Made by a program: the position numbers and the translations under genes. From Gammaproteobacteria bacterium (GTDB lineage Bacteria; Pseudomonadota; Gammaproteobacteria; JABABF01): a stretch of DNA of 64,000 nucleotides. The notes under the pieces are model-generated. The model had not been told where the DNA came from. It did no database searches and saw only the letters and a list, made by a program, of their open reading frames with translations. Shown here in pieces: positions 57,877-64,000 of this stretch; within the stretch, counting starts at the first letter, position 1; each line of letters starts with the position of its first letter. The stretch covers positions 1,056,001-1,120,000 of the forward strand of contig OZ250153.1 in assembly GCA_965237805.1 (NCBI GenBank). The letters are read 5' to 3'.

Positions 57877-60168
57877 TCATATATTAGGGTGGGGAAAACC
57901 ATGGCTATGAAAGTATTCGTATTTTTTGCAATGCTTAGCGTATTTTTTGAAGAAATCATCAAGAATTTTTAAAAGGGATTTTGTTGAGTTTCCTGCGCTT
58001 CCTTGAGAGAAATACTTTTTCATTTTGTCCTCTATATACTCTTCTTCAATGTCAACATTGGATGCCATTTCTTTTATTTGTGTTGCGAGGTTTTCACGCA
58101 ATCTTTCAAACTTGTCGTCATCAAACCATAGTGCGTCGGGAAGCTGAAATTTTTCATAATGGTTATAGCTGCTCTCTAAAACACACAAAAATGCATAAAC
58201 TTTAGATATGGATTCATCAAACCATTCTTTCCATTTTCTATGATTAGAACAAAACATCATGTCGTCTCCATATTCCCAAGGACCATTAAAAATATTTTTT
58301 ATAACCGGAAGGTTAGGGAGAGCCATAACAAGGTATGGGTCGTCAACAATAACGGAAAGGTAAGAGAAATCGAAAAAGCAATCATTGCGCAATAAATCAC
58401 CTAATCTTTTCGTGGAATTCAACTTAATTTTTCCTGTGTCTGGATTTCGAAAGTCGCACTGCAACAATCTACCATGATGGTTTTCAGATAAGCTATAGAC
58501 GCATAAATTAAATATAGCGCGTTCATATTTTTCAAATGGTTTATACAGGTCATCCATTATTAGATGATCGTGCTCTAACAGCCAATGGGAGACAAAAAAC
58601 TTCAGCCAAAAAGTCCTATAGGTCTGTTTTTTTGCATAACCTGGCATTTGAGAGTCAACAGGGTCATTCATGCTTCGATATTTACTATTGACAAGAAAAA
58701 TATTTGACATGCCACAGGTGCTTTGTTGATAATATCGTTGACCATTCAAATGGGAATATAATATTACCATCCAGCCATATGCGCTTTTCCCCACTTCATC
58801 TGTGCTGCATAGAAGCGTTTTTCGCCACAAATGAATGATATGACGAAGGTTATTTGGTCTAAGATACAGGGGCGTATAGCTACATATTATCTTCGCTCTT
58901 TCTTCTAATTTATGTAGAAGCTGATCTGTCATTAAATGTGGCCCGGATTTCGAAGACCAACTCCTAAGAAACTTTATCCGCTCAGTCGCCACTTCTCTTA
59001 TAAATTCTTCATCATGAGGAGATTTTATGTGTATTTTACGGTGACTTGGGAGAGTGGCCAGCATGTCTATTCCGGTTATTTCTTTGCTCCGGACATCCCA
59101 TGCCTCGAGAGTTTCACTCCTTAATGCGAAAACAAATCTTATATTATTACCAGAGATATTTTCAGCCCGTCTATCTAATATCACTTTAATTAGCCGGCAT
59201 GCTATATGGGGCATTTTGCTTCCATGTCCATTAAACCATTCCCTAAACTCATCTTGATGATCTGGGCTACTTAGTAGCATTAGTGCAGAATCATCATATA
59301 TCATATCCAGGTTATCTATGTAGAAAGTAATACATCGACCTTGGAATAAAGAAGATAGATTATTTAATAATCTTGTCAACCCAAGTGAGGGCGTTATTCT
59401 ATGCTTTTCTAAAGTCTGTACATGGATGCTTCTTTTTAATGAATCCACAATTTTGGAACATAAAAAGTGCTCAGTTTCCACATCTCGTTGGTTTGAATTC
59501 GGCTCATCTATTAGTAGATTGATGTCAATATCAGGTGTCGCTTCCCTAGACTTAATGTAACAGTGCTTGGTTAGAAGAGTCGATTTTCCGCAACCAACAT
59601 CTCCAACGATAAAAATAATATTCTCATCTATAGTATCTAAATTCTCAGTCTGCGCATAATATCCATCGGTGTCTTCTTGATACTGGAACTTCACGCAGTG
59701 GTTTTCGAAAAATTCTGTATATAAGGGATTCACGGGAGCTGGTGCTTGCCTCAATTCTGGCTTCATACCCCTTATATTTTCTTGACTTATATTGTAAAAA
59801 TCTACAGGCTGATTCATTCCGGAAAACACCTCCTTAAAGGGAAAATTTTGCGGCATTTGATCTTCTCCCATATCCCTCGTCACGCCATGATCGTAGTTGC
59901 GCGGCATCTCGTTAGGAAAACATTCCTGCAAGCGCTTCAATGCCTGCTCGCGCACACCTGGCAGCCTATGTTTAATTAGCCAAGAGAGTCGGAATATGTG
60001 TAGTGCATTCCATCCTATTATGTGAATTTTGGATAATTGACGGAGTGACAACAACATTAGCACAATGGCTATTGGTGTTAGTATGAGTGTTGGTATGATA
60101 AGGATCAATTCCCAGTTCATCACTATAGAATCAATTATGGTGGTCAAGCCGCTAGAATTTATTGACAT
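57877..60168 (-). CDS. AT-rich hypothetical P-loop NTPase with an N-terminal TM helix
   Basis: 763-aa ORF; TM ELILIIPTLILTPIAIVLMLLSL; Walker A GDVGCGKST; Walker B ITFYIDNLD; sensor-like strand IRFVFALR. Confidence 0.75.
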   Translation of the reverse strand: MSINSSGLTTIIDSIVMNWELILIIPTLILTPIAIVLMLLSLRQLSKIHIIGWNALHIFRLSWLIKHRLPGVREQALKRLQECFPNEMPRNYDHGVTRDMGEDQMPQNFPFKEVFSGMNQPVDFYNISQENIRGMKPELRQAPAPVNPLYTEFFENHCVKFQYQEDTDGYYAQTENLDTIDENIIFIVGDVGCGKSTLLTKHCYIKSREATPDIDINLLIDEPNSNQRDVETEHFLCSKIVDSLKRSIHVQTLEKHRITPSLGLTRLLNNLSSLFQGRCITFYIDNLDMIYDDSALMLLSSPDHQDEFREWFNGHGSKMPHIACRLIKVILDRRAENISGNNIRFVFALRSETLEAWDVRSKEITGIDMLATLPSHRKIHIKSPHDEEFIREVATERIKFLRSWSSKSGPHLMTDQLLHKLEERAKIICSYTPLYLRPNNLRHIIHLWRKTLLCSTDEVGKSAYGWMVILYSHLNGQRYYQQSTCGMSNIFLVNSKYRSMNDPVDSQMPGYAKKQTYRTFWLKFFVSHWLLEHDHLIMDDLYKPFEKYERAIFNLCVYSLSENHHGRLLQCDFRNPDTGKIKLNSTKRLGDLLRNDCFFDFSYLSVIVDDPYLVMALPNLPVIKNIFNGPWEYGDDMMFCSNHRKWKEWFDESISKVYAFLCVLESSYNHYEKFQLPDALWFDDDKFERLRENLATQIKEMASNVDIEEEYIEDKMKKYFSQGSAGNSTKSLLKILDDFFKKYAKHCKKYEYFHSHGFPHPNI

Positions 60169-60274
60169 TTACTCTTCCCTTAAGGTTGTTAACCTAATTA
60201 TTAGGTTCAAAATCACTTTCTGCGTGACGAATTGTTAAACATCCGTGAGGATGTTATATCACAGTGTCTCGCAA

Positions 60275-61642
60275 CTAGCGCAGGGCTGCCGGCAAAGCCG
60301 TTACCAGTTGCGGCCATATCGCAAGCAGAGCCAATAGCGTTAGCTGGATGATGATAAAGGGTATCACGCCCCGATAGAGTGCGCTAGTAGACATGGCCGG
60401 CGGCGCCACACCGCGCAGGTAGAACAGCGCGAAGCCAAAGGGCGGCGTCAGGAAGGAAGTCTGCAGATTGACCGCCAGCATGATGCCGAGCCACACCGGG
60501 TCGATGTCCATGGCCAGCAGGATCGGGCCGACGATGGGGACGACGAGGAAGGTGATCTCGATGAAGTCGAGGATGAAGCCGAGTAGGAAGATCACGATCA
60601 TCACCACCAGCATGGCAGCGATATGGCCGCCCGGCAGGTTCTCGAACCAAGCGCGCACGACTTCATCGCCGCCAAAACCTCGGAACACCAGCGAGAAGAT
60701 CGTGGCACCGATCAGGATCAGGAAGACCATGGCCGTGATGGCCATGGTGCTGCGAGCGCATTGGCGCAATATGTCGAGATCCAGCTGCCGGTGCGCCCAA
60801 GCCAACAGCGTCGCGCCGAGGGCACCGATGCCAGCGGCCTCGGTGGGCGTGGCGGCACCGGCCAAGATGGAGCCGAGGACAGCGCCGATCAGTAGCAGAG
60901 GTGCCGCCAGCCGCAACGCCAGCGCCTTCCCCGCCCCGGCGCTCTCTCCATCGGCCTTAGGGGGCAAGGGGGGAGCCAACTCCGGGTGCCGAGCTACGCG
61001 CAGCAGCACATAAGCGGCGTAGAGAGCGGTCAGCAACAGGCCGGGCACGATGGCACCAGCGAACAGATCGCCGACCGACACCGTCTTGGGCGAGAAAATG
61101 CCCTGCTGCAGTTGGGCTTCTTGGTAGGCGCTGGACAGCACATCGCCGAGCAGTACCAAGGCGATGGACGGCGGCACGATCTGGCCGAGGGTGCCGGTGG
61201 CGCAGATGACCCCGCCTGCCAGCGCCGGGTCGTAGCGGTGGCGGAGCATCACCGGCAGCGACAGCAGGCCCATCGTGACGACGGTGGCACCGACGATCCC
61301 GGTGCTGGCGGCGAGCAAGGCACCGACGGCGATCACCGCCAGCGCCAGCCCGCCGGGGCGGCGGCCGAGCAGCCGCCCGACATCCTCCAGCAGCGATTCG
61401 GCCAACCGCGAGCGCTCCAGCATCGTGCCCATGAACACGAACAGAGGCACGGCGGTCAGCGTGACATTGCTGAGTACACCGTAGATGCGGTTTGGCAGAG
61501 CCTGCAACAGCACCAGCTCGAATTGGCCGACGACGGCACCGAGCATGGCGGCGCACAGCGCCACTCCCGCCAGCGTGAAGGCCACCGGATAGCCAATTGT
61601 CAGCACTGCGCAGACGCTGGCGAAAAGGAGTAGCGAGGCCAT
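60275..61642 (-). CDS. TRAP transporter large permease DctM
   Basis: GYPVAF, AVPLFVFMG, ASTGIVGA, GTLGQIVPPS, TPTEAA, SFLTPPFG. Confidence 0.95.
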   Translation of the reverse strand: MASLLLFASVCAVLTIGYPVAFTLAGVALCAAMLGAVVGQFELVLLQALPNRIYGVLSNVTLTAVPLFVFMGTMLERSRLAESLLEDVGRLLGRRPGGLALAVIAVGALLAASTGIVGATVVTMGLLSLPVMLRHRYDPALAGGVICATGTLGQIVPPSIALVLLGDVLSSAYQEAQLQQGIFSPKTVSVGDLFAGAIVPGLLLTALYAAYVLLRVARHPELAPPLPPKADGESAGAGKALALRLAAPLLLIGAVLGSILAGAATPTEAAGIGALGATLLAWAHRQLDLDILRQCARSTMAITAMVFLILIGATIFSLVFRGFGGDEVVRAWFENLPGGHIAAMLVVMIVIFLLGFILDFIEITFLVVPIVGPILLAMDIDPVWLGIMLAVNLQTSFLTPPFGFALFYLRGVAPPAMSTSALYRGVIPFIIIQLTLLALLAIWPQLVTALPAALR

Positions 61643-62236
61643 TCAGTCGCCGTTGGGCGGCGCTGAGCCACCCGCTTTGCCTGCCAGCCACAATCCGCGG
61701 CGCATCATGTCGGCCGCGCCTTGGGACAGCAGCAATACGCCCATCACCGGAATCAGGCTTTTCACTAGGAACAGCCCCGGCAGGCCGCTGGGGTGTGGCG
61801 AGCTCTCCCATACCCCCCAAGAGCGCAGCGCGTAGGCGCTGCCGAAATAGATCAGGCAGACACAGAAAGGCAGTAGCAGCAAAAGGCCGCCGAGCAGCTC
61901 CACCCAAGCGCGGCGGTGCAGCGACATGCGCTGGTAGAGGAAGTCGACGCGCACATGGCCGTCGCGACCCCAAGTGTAGGCTGCACCCAGCGCGATCAGC
62001 AGCGCGTGTAGATAGCTGACCGACTCCTGCAGGGCGATGGAGCCGATCGAGAAGCCGTAGCGCAGCACGACGACGGTGGCGGTGATGAATACCATGCCGA
62101 CCGCGCACCAGGCGACGGCAATGCCCAATCGGTGGTTGAGACGGTCGATGCCATCGAGCAGGGTGGAGAGTCGCTTCACCAGCAGGTGGGGGTGCCCGTC
62201 GGGGATGGATCCGACGAATTGCCCCAAGGGTGGCAC
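61643..62236 (-). CDS. TRAP transporter small permease DctQ
   Basis: VVLRYGF..IALQE, GAAYT..DGHVRVDFLY; four TM segments; start uncertain. Confidence 0.92.
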   Translation of the reverse strand: MPPLGQFVGSIPDGHPHLLVKRLSTLLDGIDRLNHRLGIAVAWCAVGMVFITATVVVLRYGFSIGSIALQESVSYLHALLIALGAAYTWGRDGHVRVDFLYQRMSLHRRAWVELLGGLLLLLPFCVCLIYFGSAYALRSWGVWESSPHPSGLPGLFLVKSLIPVMGVLLLSQGAADMMRRGLWLAGKAGGSAPPNGD

Positions 62237-62368
62237 GGGCTTGCATTATAGGGCGATAGCGGGCGATTACCCATCGGGTGGCGGGTCAACATGGTAATAT
62301 CGCGACTACAGATGTGGCCACCGTGGTTTTGGGGTGGCATCTGCGGGCAAGCACGGGAGCAATAGAAC

Positions 62369-63265
62369 ATGGACGGACTGGGGAGCCTCGGTGGCGTGTC
62401 GATCACTTTCCTGCTGTTTGCGCTGTTTATCGCGCTGTCGGTATTCAATGGGGTTCATATCGTTCCCCAGAGCAAAAACTATGTGATCGAGCGTTTTGGC
62501 CGCTATCGGCTCACGCTTAAGGCGGGGCTCAACTTCATCGTGCCCTTTCTCGACCGCGTGGCGGCGCGACTGAGCATCTTGGAACGGCAGCTGACCGAGC
62601 AAAAGCACAGCGTCATCACCCGTGACAATGTGACGATTGACATCAAGACCACCATCTTCTTCCGCATCCTCGATGCGGCCAAGGCGACCTACCGCATCAT
62701 GCGCTTGGAGCCAGCCATCAACAATGCCGTCACCGGCACCGTGCGCTCCATCATCGGCTCCATCGAATTCGACGAGGTGCAGTCTCACCGCGATGCCATC
62801 AACGCCCGTATCCTCGAAAGCCTGCAGGAGACGGCAGCTGGCTGGGGGGTGGAGATTACCCGCACCGAGGTGATCGATGTGCAGGTGGACGAGGACACGC
62901 GCCGCGCCATGCAGCAGCAGTTGAACGCCGAGCGCGAGCGGCGGGCGACAGTGATGGAGGCGGAGGGACGCAAGCAGTCGGCGCAGTTGGCGGCCGATGC
63001 CGAGCTGTACACGGCGCAGAAGACCGCCGAGGCCAAGCGCACGCTAGCCGATGCCGATGCCTATGCCACCAAGGTGATCGCCGAGTCGATTAACAACGGC
63101 GGCGATGCGGCAATACAGTTCGAGATCATGAAGCGCCAAGTGGAGGCGATGGGCAGCATCGCCAACGCCGACAACACCAAGCTGCTACTGTTGCCGAGCA
63201 ACATCGTCGATGCGCTGAGCGGCCTCAAAGATACGCTGGGTGCTGTCAAATCCGGCGGCAGCTGA
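62369..63265 (+). CDS. SPFH/stomatin-like protein (QmcA/paraslipin type)
   Basis: VIERFGRY, GLNFIVPFLD, VITRDNV, WGVEITR, AERERRA..AEG. Confidence 0.92.
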   Translation: MDGLGSLGGVSITFLLFALFIALSVFNGVHIVPQSKNYVIERFGRYRLTLKAGLNFIVPFLDRVAARLSILERQLTEQKHSVITRDNVTIDIKTTIFFRILDAAKATYRIMRLEPAINNAVTGTVRSIIGSIEFDEVQSHRDAINARILESLQETAAGWGVEITRTEVIDVQVDEDTRRAMQQQLNAERERRATVMEAEGRKQSAQLAADAELYTAQKTAEAKRTLADADAYATKVIAESINNGGDAAIQFEIMKRQVEAMGSIANADNTKLLLLPSNIVDALSGLKDTLGAVKSGGS

Positions 63266-63292
63266 GGTGGGGGCGAGAGGGGGTATCGGGCG

Positions 63293-63595
63293 ATGTTAGA
63301 CCTAGTACTTTCCATCGCGCTCGGATTTATCTTCACGGCAAAATTCTGGCTGGCCGTGGCTGCTGCGCTCGGCATCGCCGAGATATTGACTGGCACCTTC
63401 TACGCTTTGGCTTTCAGCGTGGCGAGCGTGGCGCTAGCTGGCCTGCTGGTGCTGTGGCCCGGCCTGATGACCCTGTGGTACCACGTGGTGTTGGTATACA
63501 GCGTGCTGGGCTTGGCGATGAGTGTGCTGGTCTATCGCTGGAATCAGCAGAGCGTCGGTCAGAAGACGGATATCAACGAAGATCTGAGCAGCTGA
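63293..63595 (+). CDS. NfeD-like membrane protein (short form)
   Basis: WLAVAAALGIAEILTGTFY motif; adjacent to the SPFH gene. Confidence 0.7.
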   Translation: MLDLVLSIALGFIFTAKFWLAVAAALGIAEILTGTFYALAFSVASVALAGLLVLWPGLMTLWYHVVLVYSVLGLAMSVLVYRWNQQSVGQKTDINEDLSS

Positions 63596-63668
63596 TCTGA
63601 GGGATCGGCCAAGCATCGAATATCCCATTCCCATGCCCTGAGCTTGGCTTTTTGTTGCGAGAGAGACC

Positions 63669-64000
63669 ATGCAAACGCAAGCTGCCGTAGCCGTGCAGGC
63701 GGGCCAAGCGCTCAGCGTGGAGACCGTGTCGCTGGATGGCCCCAAAGCCGGTGAAGTGCTGGTGGAAATCAAGGCGACCGGTGTATGCCATACCGATGCC
63801 TTCACCTTGTCCGGTGCCGACCCGGAGGGCATTTTCCCAGCCATCCTCGGCCACGAAGGTGCCGGTGTGGTGGTGGCGGTTGGCACGGGCGTGACTTCAC
63901 TGCGCGAGGGCGATCATGTCATCCCGCTCTATACGCCGGAATGCCGGCAGTGCGACTACTGCACCAGCGGCAAAACCAATCTGTGCCAAGCGATTCGAGC
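63669..64000 (+). CDS. frmA: S-(hydroxymethyl)glutathione dehydrogenase / class III alcohol dehydrogenase, 5' part
   Basis: [56 protein letters not shown]; runs off window. Confidence 0.93.
   Translation, partial: MQTQAAVAVQAGQALSVETVSLDGPKAGEVLVEIKATGVCHTDAFTLSGADPEGIFPAILGHEGAGVVVAVGTGVTSLREGDHVIPLYTPECRQCDYCTSGKTNLCQAIR

Noticed and set aside
60181-60212. dif/pdif-like XerCD site
   Set aside because: The arms resemble TTATGT half-sites, but the spacer is 3 bp rather than 6 bp and there is no partner site

Overview
High-GC gammaproteobacterial chromosome segment spanning the replication-origin region. Gene order: aroB'-aroK, a compacted pilM/N-pilO-pilP/Q secretin operon, mrcA, dprA, def-fmt-rsmB-trkA-trkH, a fused glyQ-glyS, plsC, gyrB-recF-dnaN-dnaA, rpmH-rnpA-yidD-yidC-mnmE, a likely oriC (DnaA box + GC cluster + DnaA-trios), mnmG-rsmG-parA-parB, the atp operon, glmU-glmS, an AT-rich accessory islet after glmS, fic, alkA-like, uvrD, a TRAP transporter split by a second AT-rich insert, SPFH/NfeD and frmA'. 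Most notable: (1) three tightly coupled genes (two paralogous Cys-motif lipoproteins and an Smr nuclease) inside the ATP synthase operon between atpG and atpD; (2) AT-rich cargo with no integrase, bracketed by ~100-bp imperfect duplications of gene termini (dctM 3' end; a membrane gene's 5' end), one carrying a 763-aa membrane-anchored P-loop NTPase; (3) an MGAT4/GT54-like glycosyltransferase next to glmU-glmS; (4) several fusions or near-fusions (GlyQ-GlyS, PilM-PilN, PilP-PilQ, and def/fmt in frame with no canonical fmt start). All calls come from motif recognition by eye; no database searches were run. No rRNA, tRNA or CRISPR array was seen.
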